From positions 1 through 33,987 of the forward strand of contig NW_025214211.1 of the NCBI RefSeq assembly GCF_004010195.1: DNA of 33,987 bases, given 5' to 3'. Under the pieces are notes generated by a model, which was not told the DNA's origin, did not search any database, and saw only the letters and a list, made by a program, of their open reading frames with translations. The DNA comes from Chiloscyllium plagiosum (taxonomy: Eukaryota). Positions 1 through 11,204 of this stretch are shown one piece after another. The first letter of the stretch is position 1, and the number at the start of each line of letters is the position of its first letter. The position numbers and the translations under genes were made by a program.

Positions 1-55
1 TTCTTCAGTTGTTTTACCCAATCGCAGATCTTCCCAGTTTACTGTGGATAGTCTC

Positions 56-150
56 GATTAGAGTGGTGCTGGAAAAGCACAGCAGTTCAGGTAGCATCCG
101 AGGAGCAGTAAAACCAACGTTTCGGGCAAAAGCCCTTCATCAGGAATACA
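56..150 (-). mobile_element. 95-bp Penelope-terminus-derived mini element containing a minimal hammerhead ribozyme motif
   Basis: Flanked by the direct repeat TGGATAGTCTC (45-55 and 151-161). Minus strand reads CTGATGA-A-GGGC-TTTT-GCCC-GAAA-CGTT (143-116). Confidence 0.8.
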
Positions 151-219
151 TGGATAGTCTCAGTCTCACTTCATTAAAGACAGCCTGACCTAAATCTAAA
201 ACTCTAGTAGCTGTTTTTT

Positions 220-552
220 ATTAAAATTCATTTACTGGATGAGAGCATCACTGGCCGGAACAGCATTTTTTGCCCATCTGTAATTGGAGGGAAGAGACAA
301 CCACACTGCTGTAGGTCTGGAGTCACATGTAGGCCAGACCAGATGAGGACAGCAGTTTCCTTCCCTGAAGGACATTAGTGAATCAGATATGTTTTACCCG
401 ACAATCGATTCATGGTCATTATTAGACTCTTAGTTCCAGATTTTTACTAAATTCAAATTCCACCATCAGCTGTGGCAGGATTTGAACACGGGTCCCAGAA
501 CATTACCTAGATCTCTGGATTAATGGCTCAGTCATAATACCACGAGGGCATG
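220..552 (-). mobile_element. tRNA-derived shark SINE (decayed copy)
   Basis: B-box-like GTTCAAATCC on the minus strand near 478-487. The body matches a second, plus-strand copy at about 33120-33410. Confidence 0.65.
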
Positions 553-1067
553 CTTTTCGTTTTCAAATGCTATGTTCAACTTGATCATATTATGATCATT
601 ATTTGTCAAATTGTCATGCACAATTAGGTTACTAATGAAATCTGACACATTACTCATTATTAAATCCAATATTACTTGTTCCCTTGTTGCAGGACATGTT
701 ACTGTAGGAAACTATTCTGGATACACACCAGAAATTCACTACCTTTCTAAGCTTGTCTGCCTCTCCTAATCTATGGTAAAGTTAAAATTCCCCCATTAAT
801 ATTATACTAGTATTGCTACACAATTGCTTAATTTCTGCATTTACACAATGTAGCACTTCAGAGTTACTATCAGGGGATCTGTACACAACGCCTATGACAG
901 TTTTATATCTTTTGCTGTTCCTCAGCTCCACTGAATACTTTCCACTCATTGCATCCTCATTACCATTAAAGTAATGTTGTTTCTAATGGGTAAGGCTTCT
1001 CCACCTTCTCTGCCATTTCCCCTGTCTGTCTTGTAAATCTTATAACCTGGTATCTTTTGTTCCCAAC

Positions 1068-1900
1068 TGTCGGCGAAAGTACTCAATTGAACAAAGACTA
1101 CACAAGCGCAGATCAGGTGAAATGATAAAACTGTTTATTACAAACCATATTGCTGAAAGAGAAATTGATTAGGCTGACATAGGACTGACAGTCTGTACAG
1201 GTAGACCAAGGGTTCACTTCCCCGAGTGGTGAGTGTGGGCAGCTTTTATAGGGATACAGTACAATGGTGTGGATTACAGCTTTTACAGGGATACAGTACG
1301 ATAGTGTGGATTACAGCTTTTACAGGGATACAGTACAATGGTGTGGATTACAGCCTTTATAGGGATACAGTACGATAGTGTGAATTACAGTTTTTACAGG
1401 GATACAGTACAATGGTGTGGATTACAGATTGATCAAGAGAAGAATGAAATCAATGGGAGAACAATCAGTTGTCCGGGAGTAGCAACCAGTCCATTATCGA
1501 AACAGGAGATTTCAGTCCTGTGTGAGAGTAGGTGCGAGTGTCTCTCACCCTGGCATCAGTGGATTTCCATTGTGGCTTGGTCACGGGTGAGTTATCTTGG
1601 TGCCTCTCAGTCTGAGCATCCTTTGTGGAGTTTCAGTATGTGTGAGGAGCGAGGCTGCCCTTAGGGCTTAAGGAGCAGTTGTGCTTATTGAGGGCTAGGA
1701 AGCCTACTGTCAGGCTGTCTCGGGAAGTGCATTCCCCAGTCTAGAAGTGGCTTGAGTCATCTCCTGTTTGCTGCCTAGTGTCTTAGTTAGCTTGTTTGGT
1801 CAAGGCTGAGGCACTCTGGGTAGTTTCTGTTGTGGCTTAGACAGATGTGGTTCCTTATGTCTTTGTGGGTGAACAGGGTAGCAGACTATCTCCCTCAACG
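1068..1900 (-). mobile_element. solo LTR (about 830 bp)
   Basis: Starts TGT at 1068 and ends CAACG (degenerate CAACA) at 1900. Minus-strand AATAAA at 1134-1139 and TATAAAAG at about 1243-1250. It interrupts the CR1 relic. No clean TSD resolved. Confidence 0.6.
1240..1424. repeat. 37-bp minisatellite, 5 copies
   Basis: Unit CAGCTTTTAYAGGGATACAGTACRATRGTGTGGATTA starting at 1240, 1277, 1314, 1351 and 1388. Confidence 0.95.
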
Positions 1901-2974
1901 ACCATCCTGCAGCAATATCTCAGTTTTGCCGACTATTTCATAATCTCCAATTTGCATTTGTACCTGCAGCTGATCTAATTTAATCGTTACACTCTATGCA
2001 TTCATTTATGGAACTGTTATTTGGCTATACGCTGTAACCTATCTCTCAGCACTGATAGCTTATTCATCTGTTTATTATTTCTGAATTCCAGTATAATCAG
2101 TACACTTCTTTTAATTTTGCCATTACCTACTGCACCCGAAGTATGATTCCTGACTGTTTCTTTACTCTCTGTCCTGTTCCTTGATTTTGAAACTTTATTG
2201 ACTTCCACCCTGCCCTGGCCACACAGTAAACATTTAGTTTTGGTTTGAAATCCTTGTGACCACCCAATTTAGCTTTTCTGCTCAGATCCGGGTCCTAGAT
2301 CAGTTCAAATGGAGCCTGTCCCAACTGTACAGTTCCTTCCTATCCCAATACTGATGCTGGTGCCCCACAAAATGAAACCCTCCTTCTCCCTCTTGAATGG
2401 CCTCCTGTACCCCATCAATGTTTGCTCATCCTCCCTACTGTCATGTTCCTCATCCACACAGAAAGCAAACACCTCACACCTGTTGGACAAAGTCAAGAAC
2501 TGAGCCTCCTCTAATGCTAAATTCAGGATCTCCCTACCTGCCTCACTTGAAGTCACATCCTCCCGTCCCTGATCACTGGCCAAATTTGAAGCTCTTAACC
2601 AACAAGGTTCGACTATCTCCTGAAGTGGGTAACTCTCCTCTCCGCTGTGTGCTACAGTGTTCAAAATGCAGACTCCAACTCATCACCTCTGAGCCAGGGT
2701 TTCTCCAGAACCCAACACTTGCTACAGATGTGTTCACTATGAACCAGAGTGGGGTCCAATAGTTCCCACAATGAATCACCTAGCCCTGCATCTGTAAATT
2801 ATTTAATTAGGTTTTAAATTTGTATTTTTAAATTTCTTTCTGGTCTTCAGTTTTTAATCCGTAAGAGATTTCTCTGGTTTACCTTTAATCTGAAAGCAAT
2901 TTAGTATAGGTATTCAAGTTCGCAATTACTTAGTGACCAATGAACTTTTCCGTGGAGGTGATGGTGTTGGACAG

Positions 2975-3082
2975 GGTTGGACAAAATCAAAGATCACATG
3001 ACACCAGATTATAGACCAATAGGTCTATAGGACCAATAGGACAAACATTTTGGACTATAACCTGTGTGATTTTTGACCTTTT
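2975..3082. mobile_element. degenerate palindromic Penelope-terminus-derived repeat
   Basis: Imperfect inverted arms: ATCACA...TTATAGACCAA versus TTGGACTATAA...TGTGAT. The centre appears deleted. Confidence 0.4.
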
Positions 3083-3499
3083 TCTGTGATGTCACTGTTT
3101 TCTCATTGCTTCTAATCCACAAGACTCCTCCCCTATCTTTCTGTTTCTATTTGGGCTCCCAGTTCAGTGTGTAGGTCTCAATTTTTATTTCCTTCTCAGT
3201 CTCAGTCTCCTCCCCTGCTGGCTCCTCTTTCCTCTTATTCCCCAAATTCCCAAAAACCTTACTTTAATGTTAAAGACCAGAAATACTCACCAATAAGTGA
3301 AAAAGACTGATCACTATCTCCCCCTTTCACCTAACTGCCTGTTTCACCAAATTTCAGTTACACCCTAACACAACAAAGTGACACTCTAGTGCAGATAAAG
3401 CAGCACTGAACCTGGTTGATGTAACGTCTTCATAACTTATACTGTAATATATTTTACAATTTGAAATAAACTAACTCATGGAGTTAATCATTCACTGAT

Positions 3500-4630
3500 A
3501 AGTGATGGATTGTTAGACAATTATTATGAACATGTCATAGGACACATTGTGGGACTGAGGCCTATTGTGCGTGAAAAGTAATAGGGCCAGTCAATCTACC
3601 TGAAGAACATGGTCAAATGTATTTATTCAAGCTAAAATGCATCAGACAGTCCTTGATGTCTTTGTTTGTTACAATATCAAAGAGTGTTGAAAACATAGCT
3701 TGATGTAAGAAGACAAATCTCTACTGAAAGGCCAGTTTAACTCAATTAAGAAAAACAAGTGAATGGGATGTGTGCAAGATTTATGACAAGCAAAGGGCAA
3801 AGCTGTGTTGTCAGAATGGCCATAAAGTCCTTTAGTTTAAATTTTGATAAAACAGATCTCCTAACAGAAATGTTTAAACGTTGTCCAGAGCTATAGTTTC
3901 GTAATTCAGATGCATCAATGCATAAAAGCAAGTCATTATGATTTACTTTCACTTGAAAATGAAGGCTTAACGCATCAGGATTAATAGTTGAAAGTCTGAA
4001 AGATTCCCAAAAGGTATGGACCATATTAGAATACCAATTTAGAATCAGATTAAATTTGGATTTTTTAACTAGAATTCATGCCACTTAAGCAAAAGCCTAT
4101 AGAAACAACAGTTCACTTTCTGAGAAGATGCAGGGAAAAGGATTGTTAAACTGGTGATCATATCCACCCTGATGGAAACTTTCCAGAAAGATTTGTGAGA
4201 CAAACCAAGGACATAAAGTGTCAAAGAGTTACTGATGGATGAACAGAAATATGAAGTGGTCCTCACACATCCTAAGTACAACTCAATAGTTGACACAATT
4301 ATTAGAACACTCAAACATAGCAAGACATGTGGATGTTTTGACCTTCTGCATTTACCAAGGAAATGCCCAGTTTTCAATCAATTTTACAAGACGCATAGCC
4401 GAAAAGGCTATTGACAGAGCCAATGCATTAGACCCGATGACTAATGTAGCTGAAAAAAAGTCATGCATTGATCCAAACAGAGTGCATACAAGGAGTATTC
4501 TCAAACTACAATAAAGACCATCTGGGTTTCCTGCCACAGAGTAATAAAACGCCGGAAATGGACATGTACATAACAAGACAAATAGTGGTGAATAATTTTC
4601 ACACTGTCAATCTTCTGGAATGTATCAATG
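3500..4630 (+). mobile_element. highly decayed Gypsy/Ty3-type pol fragment (RT-RNaseH-integrase N-terminus)
   Basis: Remnants QLRKTSEW, SDAS, LLMDEQKYEVV and an integrase Zn-finger-like YNKDHLGF...VVNNFHT, in colinear order. Confidence 0.4.
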
Positions 4631-5224
4631 ACTTCATAGTGTCCAAAGTGTCCGCAAAATTTCAAATAATCTGCTCTCAGAAAATTGTTAGTGGTTAAGG
4701 TTGACGTGGGGCATTTGCACTTGAAAAATTCTAAAAAAAGCAGCCATGACATTGAAAGCCATGGTGAAGCCTATGAATATAAATCTTTTGGCATACAACA
4801 GTTCACCAATTCTAAATGCAGGATCAATAGTGACTCGAGGTCAAGTACTATCATTCTGTCTAAATATTATAAACATTTTACATTGTGGACCACTGTTGGA
4901 CTAGTTAGCTTGTCATTACCTAACTCTTGCCTCAATCATGTGATCAGTCAGACATTGGGCAACAAATCTCATTCCGAATTTATACCTTACACTTCAATTC
5001 ATGACTTAACATGAAACTAACCATACTTTAATAAAACTGGCAGTTTCAAGGGAGCTTTAATATTGTATATGAAGGTGACATCATCTCGTCCATTGACCCA
5101 AAAATTAAATGTAATGTCAACTTAAAAGATGAACTGACGATTGAGCAAGAGAAGCTGGAGTGAGATGGAATCAACAAAAACAAAACTACAGGAGACTGTA
5201 TATCGACTGGTGTCTCTCAATAAC

Positions 5225-5480
5225 CCAGGAAGCCCGATTGGAAAAAAACATCATTTATTTTTGAGCACAGAAATAGAGCCTTTACTTGTGCCATACATCT
5301 CAGCTCAGGACAGACACTTCTACAGACCCAACTCAGGATAGGTAGTTCAACAGACCCATATCTTGGAGGTCAGGCAATGAGTTCCAGGCCAATGCCTGTT
5401 ACCAAGGGGAACTCATACTCAATGAGTTCCACAAGGAAATTAATTAGTGATTCCCCACAGGCCTTGTAGACAATGTCACG
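5225..5480 (-). mobile_element. 256-bp insertion (possible small decayed solo LTR) inside the Gypsy RT
   Basis: 5-bp direct repeat ATAAC at 5220-5224 and 5481-5485. The RT-like sequence resumes after it. Minus-strand AATAAA near 5255. Confidence 0.45.
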
Positions 5481-5996
5481 ATAACATACATCAAAAAGAC
5501 AGATTGATCTTTGAGAGCATGCCTTGATCCATGTTACCTAAATAGAGCTTTGATATGGTACACTTAAGAATAGCCATGTCAGAAGAGCTAAGTCTGTAAT
5601 TCTGCAGGTGAAAAATTCTTCTTCAAGCATATCATGAAGGAGCCCTGAGAGCTCACATCATTTTGTACCACTTTCAGATGAGACCGTGTGCAATTTAGTT
5701 TATGTGTTGGTCAGGATTTCTTTCAAGCTTATATGGACTGCATTACACCCACTGTATTGCTGATGATATTCTGTGGTAGGAAGAACAAAGCAGAGACATG
5801 GGAAAAATCTGCATTTGTTGATTCAAGTGGTACACGATGAAGGAGTAATGTGTCAGAAATGTCACACTAATGTGTCACTGATCAACTTTTTCCATTTTGT
5901 TTATTCTAGTACCAGAATATGTCCAAGTAAACAGATGATATAAAAGCCATTCCAACTCCTAATGACAGGGACAACATTTAAAAATGTTTAGGTCTC

Positions 5997-6869
5997 TATT
6001 AGACCCATTTCTGACTTTTCATTTTTTAAAAAAATACTGTTTTATCAATTTTGGTTTGGAGCTGCAAACTGAGAACTGTCAGCTGAAGATGACCTCTGGA
6101 CTGTGGGCAGCAGTTTGTGTTAAAAAAGCAAGAGAGAAGAAACAAGCTGTTGTTTGTTTGTGAGGTCAGGCCTGGAAGTTAATTGCAGGTTGATTCTTGA
6201 TTAAAAGGTTCTATAGACTCTTTAACACTGGGGCAGAGCGATATATGCAAACAGATAGCAAATGTTTGACCATTAAAAAGGTCAGTACTCAGCAAGTCTG
6301 ATGGACAACCAAAAGAGGGGCCAGGGTTTTGAACTCGTTTTAAGACTGTGTTTCTGGCAGAAGTTGGCTGTTGATGCTACAGCATGAAGAATTGAAATCT
6401 CCCTACCAAACCATCCATTATTACGTATCAGAAATTCATAGAATAGAAACTAAGCTGCAATTTATCAGAGTGAACTGGAAAAGGTGTTCCTGATTGATAT
6501 CTTCAGAAAATTAATGAAGAAAGAATCATCTATGGATCGTGAAAACCACTTAAGTAATCTGGCCAGTTTTCTTATTTTCTCTTACTGTTTGTTTGTCTGA
6601 CTTCTCTGTGAATGGGGCTAAAAACAAAGGTATTGGGTTTGAATCATTGGAATAATTAGTTTATTTTGTTGATTACTATATTATTAATGAATTGCTAAGT
6701 CTTTTGTTTAAGCTACACACCAGTGTCTAGCATTGATAAATTACAGAGTCTGGGAATGGTTATTCAGAAAATCTTGTTAGGAAATATTGGAGTTGATTTT
6801 GGGAGTTTTTGAAGGTTTTAATTTTATTGTGTTGTTGATTTGGTTTAGCTGCCTGTCTGTGATATAGCA
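5997..6869. mobile_element. solo LTR (about 870 bp) inserted in the Gypsy RT/RNaseH connection
   Basis: 5-bp TSD GTCTC at 5992-5996 and 6870-6874. Termini TATTA...TAGCA are a degenerate TGTTA...TAACA. The pol sequence resumes on the other side. Confidence 0.6.
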
Positions 6870-7339
6870 GTCTCACTAATTTCTTGTTGATATTCATTCC
6901 CAATTCTGCACAAAGGTCTTCATCACGAAGGGAATTAGTGAGGAAGTACATGCCTTTGCAATGGCAACAGGACCATCAGTACCTCTTTGAAACAGTAGTA
7001 CAGCAGTTTCAGAAGCATTAAACTTGCAACTTTACAACCCAAGGGAGATGTGGACCCTGGAGAGAGCCGCTTCATGGACACGTATAAGAACATGCATGCT
7101 ATAATAGGACAAACTAATTGCATTTGCTTCAAAAAGCACTCTCTTGGGCTGTCCAACTGCTTGAATATAGAGTGAGAAATATTAGCTTTAGGTTTTGGAG
7201 AAATGCATTTTCTTTTCTATCTATTCAGTGAACGTTTGTGGTCGAGATCAATGCAAACTACTGGATTTGATTTGGTGCCATTGACGAGTGCACCGCCAAG
7301 ATTTCTGTGTCTCTTGATTGAGATCCAAGGCCAAGTATT

Positions 7340-7445
7340 TTAATTAATCTTTCCGAACACGTATTCACACACCTCTGGAGCAGGTGGGACCTGAACCCAG
7401 ACTTTCTGTCTAAAAGGGATGGATACTAAAACTGCATCCCTTCAA
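7340..7445 (-). mobile_element. tRNA-derived SINE head fragment
   Basis: Minus-strand GGGTTCAGGTCCCACCTGCTCC B-box-like head. Confidence 0.45.
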
Positions 7446-8049
7446 AGATCGAGGGCTAGAATCATGAGATTAGTCTGTTCAGCTGATGGTCACGTCGGAT
7501 GCACTTAGCATCCAAATGTAAATGTATATAAGCTAGTGAAACAGAAGACATATCCTTGGATCTGCAAGTTGACCTCATTGACATGAGACTTGTGGACATT
7601 CTTCAAAATTGACCTGGTGCGTTTTATACAGCATAGATGCCAACAGCTACAAGAAGAAACTGCAAAAGATTCAAAGCTACAGAAACATTAATTTGATTTA
7701 TTAAGTGCTCCGAGAGAAATTATATGGACAAGACATGTGTAAGATATGGAGTATTGACCATACTACTTCTTATTATCTCAGGTTGAATGTTCCAATTGAA
7801 CATATGATTTGCACAGTCAAAAATCTGCTCCTCAAATTTAAGTAGGCCAGGCAATATCTGCACATTGCAATGTTTCATTTTACAGCAACACCTATAAGTG
7901 CAATCATTCATTACTGGTGGAGCTTAAGTTTGGCAGACCAAAGCATATTTATTTATAAATAAATAAAGCACTACACCACCATCTGCCATGAATCCTCGAC
8001 CAGCCATAATTCAGTTGGCAGTAACACTTTAATAAAACTGGCAAATCCA

Positions 8050-10560
8050 AGACTTGAGTCCAAGACCAAGGCAGAGACCCTAATGCTTTATTATGGGAGT
8101 GCTGCACAACACTGACGGAAGTGTTATCTTTTGAGTGAATGTCAAATTGAAGCCCCACACACCCACACATGCCAAGGAAAAGATCCCATAGCAGTAATTC
8201 AAGGAAGGGTAGGGTCTGATCATCATTTATCACTCAATCACAAAATTGTCATCATGTCTACACCAGCAATCAACATGACTGAAACAGGTTACTAGGTCAT
8301 GGGAATGGGTTTAGCTCAGTTTACTGGATTATTCGTTTGCAGAGCAGTGTAACAGTGTAGATTCAATTCCCATCACTAGCTTGAGGTTTTTTTTAATTTC
8401 AAAAATGTACTTTATTCATAAAATATTTTGATGATCTGTACAATTGGTCATGCCATACATACGTAAACATTCCATTTCTTTGCATACAGAGACAGAGTAA
8501 TCATTCTTATATACAGGTCTGTATGATTACTATTCACATATTTAGCAAGCCCCTTAGACAGGCAGATGTTACACGGTGGTCTTTCCCCACCGCGCCTTGG
8601 CGGCAGCTGCCTCAAACTTCAGCGCATCCCTCAACACGTAGTCCTGGACCTTGGAATGTGCCAGTCTGCACCACTCAGTCGGGGTTAACTCCTTCAGCTG
8701 GAAGATCAACAGGTTTTGGACCACCCAGAGAGTGTCCTTCATCGAGTTGATGATCCTCCAGGCACAGTTGATGTTCGTCTCGGTGTGCGTCCTGGGGAAC
8801 AGACCGTAGAGCACGGAGTCCCACGTCACGGCGCTGCTCGGGACGAACCTCGACAAACACCACTGCATTCCTCTCCAGACTTCCTCTGCATAGGCACATT
8901 CCAGAAGGAGGTGTGTGACAGTCTCGTTCCCCCCGCAGCCGCTTCGAGGGCAGCGTGCGGTGCGGCTGAGAGTCCGGGCGTGCATAAAGGATCCCACAGG
9001 CAGAGCCCTTCTCACCACCGGCCAAGCCATGTCTTGGTGCTTGTTGGAAAGTTCTGGCGATGAGGCATTCTGCCAAATGGCTTTGACAGTCTGCTCAGGG
9101 AACCGCTCGATAGGATCCGCCCTCTCCTTTTCCCGAAGGGTCTCAAGGACACTACATACTGACCACTTCCTGATGGACTTGTGGTCAAAGGTGTTTTCTT
9201 CATAAACTTCTCCACGAAGGACAGGTGATACGGAACGGTCCAACTACTCGGAGTGTTCCGCTGCAGCGAGGCCAGGCCCATCCTTCGCAACACTGGGGAC
9301 AGGTAGAACCTCAGTACGTAGTGACACTTGGTGTTTGCGTACCGAGGATCCACGCACAGCTTGATGCAGCCACACACAAAAGTAGCCATCAGGGTGAGGG
9401 TGGCATTGGGTGTATTTTTTCTCCCATTGCCCAGATCTTTGTACAGCGAGTCCCTTCAGACCCGGTCCATCTTTGACCTCCATATAAATTGGAAGAAGGC
9501 TCGGGTGACTGCAGCGGCACATATTCTGGGAATAGGCCAGACATGTGCCATGTATAACAGCAATGACAGTGTCTCACACCTGATGACCAGGTTTTTTCCC
9601 GCGATGGAGAGCGACCGTAGCTTCCATCTGCCCAGTTTCTGCCTCACTTTGCTGATACGCTCCTCCCAAGACTTGGCGCATGCCCCAGCCCCCCGAATCA
9701 AATACCCAGCACCTTCAGATGGTCGGTCCTGACGGTGAAGGGGATCGAGGATTGGTCGGCCCAGTTCCCGAAGAGCATGGCCTCGCTCTTGCCTCGGTTT
9801 ACCTTGGCTCCCGAGGCCCATTCGAACTGGCCACATATGCACATGTGTCTGCGCAAGGAAAGCGGATCCGAGCAGAAAACGGCAACGTCATCCATGTACA
9901 GGGAGACCTTGACCTGCAGGTCCCAGCTGCCAGGAATAGTCACCCCTCTCAGGCTCGCATCCTTCCTGATGGACTCGGCAAATGGCTCTATGCAGCACAC
10001 AAACAAGGCAGGAGAGAGAGTGGGCAGCCCTGCCTGACTCCAGATCTGACTGGGAAGCTATCTGATTCCCAGTCATTGATTGAGACTGCACTGACAATGT
10101 TGGTGTAGTGCAGTCTGATCCAATTGCAGATTCCCTCCCCAAAGCCCATTTTGGAGAGAACATCTCTCATATACCTGTGTGATATCCTGTCAAAGGCTTT
10201 CTCCTGGTCCAGGCTGATCAGGCAGGTGTCCAACCCTCTGTCCTGCACGTAGGCGATCGTATCCCTGAGGAGTGCGAGACTCTCAGTGATCTTCCTGCCC
10301 GGTACAGCACAGGTTTGGTCAGACTCTCCTTCTTAACCTCTTCCCTTATCTGAGGTCAGCTTGCCCTCAGGTTAAATCACCACCCAGTCACGTCTCTCTA
10401 ATAAGAGCAGCCCCTGTAGTCTGGTAAGACTATGGTGACACAACAACTTGGAGCTTGCTGTGCAAAAACTGGCTTTTGAGGTTCCTGCATTTCAATAGTG
10501 ACTATATTTAGAAAACGCTTCATTAAGCTGTGAAGTGCTTAAGTACATTTTCTGCACCAA
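8050..10560 (+). mobile_element. Deu-domain-like SINE (about 8050-8300 and 10448-10560) split by a second tRNA-SINE (about 8305-8386 and 10323-10440), itself split by a Tx1/L1
   Basis: GAGTGCTGCAC...GATCCCATAGCA head and GGAGCTTGCTGTGCAAAA...CTTCATTAAGCTGTGAAGTGCTT tail. The inner SINE has an A-box-like TAGCTCAG and a tail CCTCAGGTTAAATCACCA...GTAAGACTATGG. Confidence 0.5.
8387..10322 (-). mobile_element. 5'-truncated Tx1-like L1-clade LINE, ORF2 RT plus zf-RVT C-terminus, pseudogenised
   Basis: SLDQEKAFDRISH, SGVRQGCPLS, LYMDD and CPRSGCGGNETVTHLLLEC are spread over 5 minus-strand ORFs (frameshifts and stops). AATAAA plus a poly(A) tail at 8387-8417. Confidence 0.95.
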
Positions 10561-10632
10561 AAGATTATATTTACAGTAATTGCTAATGAGTTGAAAATTC
10601 ACAAATGATGGCCTACTTCCTCATTGGTCATG

Positions 10633-11204
10633 ATGGCGCCACCAAGTGTCAGAGAGAGGGATCACTGCAGCTCCAGCGACCCCTAATGGAGGGGAGGCTA
10701 TCCGTCTGCGGCTGCGCCATTTAGTGGAGGGGAAAACACTGCGCAGCGGCCGCGTCACCTAGTGGAGGGGAGGACAGCCAGCTGGAACTGCGCCATCTAG
10801 TGGAGGGGAGGACAGCCGGTAGAGGCTGCGCCGCCTCATGGAGGGGAGGACAGCCAGCTGAAGCTGCGCCGCCTAGTGAAAGGAAGGATAGCTGGTCGAG
10901 GCCGTGTCACCCAGTAGAAGGGAGGATAGCCAGCAGAGGCTATGCCACCTAGTGGAGGGGAGGACAGCCGGTAGAGGCCGCGTCACCTAGTGGAGGGGTG
11001 GATAGTCAGCAGAGGCTGCGCCATCTAGTGGAGGGGAAGGCAGCCAGCTGGAGCTGCGCCATCAAGTGGAGGGGAGGGCAGCCAGCTGGAGCTGCGCCAT
11101 CTAGTGGAGGGGAGGGCAGCCGGCAGGAGCTGCGCCATCTAGTGGAGGGGAGGGCAGCCAGCAGGAGCTGCGCCATCTAGTGCAGGGGAGGACAACCAGA
11201 AACG
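10633..11204 (-). repeat. 38-bp CpG-rich tandem array (about 15 units), each with a CTCF-type motif
   Basis: Units at 10673, 10711, 10749 ... 11167 with exact 38-bp spacing, plus a diverged unit at 10633. Consensus GCTGCGCCATCTAGTGGAGGGGAGGRCAGCCRGCWGGA. Exact GCGCCATCTAGTGG at 10790, 11018, 11094 and 11132. Confidence 0.95.

Larger units (their letters stand above)
560..2780 (-). mobile_element. old CR1-type LINE relic (ORF1 zinc-finger/esterase region to ORF2 endonuclease), interrupted by a solo LTR
   Basis: Minus-strand remnants HICSKC (about 2730), QFLTLSNRCEVF (about 2480), and an SGNH-esterase-like YWDRKELYSWDRLHLN (about 2350-2305). Many stops and frameshifts. Confidence 0.55.
4690..7930 (+). 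mobile_element. decayed Gypsy/Ty3-type LTR retrotransposon internal region (protease-RT-RNaseH-integrase), split by later insertions
   Basis: VKVDVG (protease, about 4695), DWCLSIT (about 5205), IKKTD*SLRACLDP (about 5490-5530), FIPN...RELVRK..LQW (6890-6965), DKLIAFASKS (about 7110-7137), VTSDALS (about 7490), QLQEETAKD (about 7645). Confidence 0.7.

Noticed and set aside
1338..1664. 108-aa ORF
   Set aside because: It begins within the minisatellite of a solo LTR and has no recognisable domain.
10633..11204. CRISPR-like reading of the 38-bp array (and of 1240-1424)
   Set aside because: Units are contiguous with no unique spacers, the context is vertebrate, and there are no cas genes.
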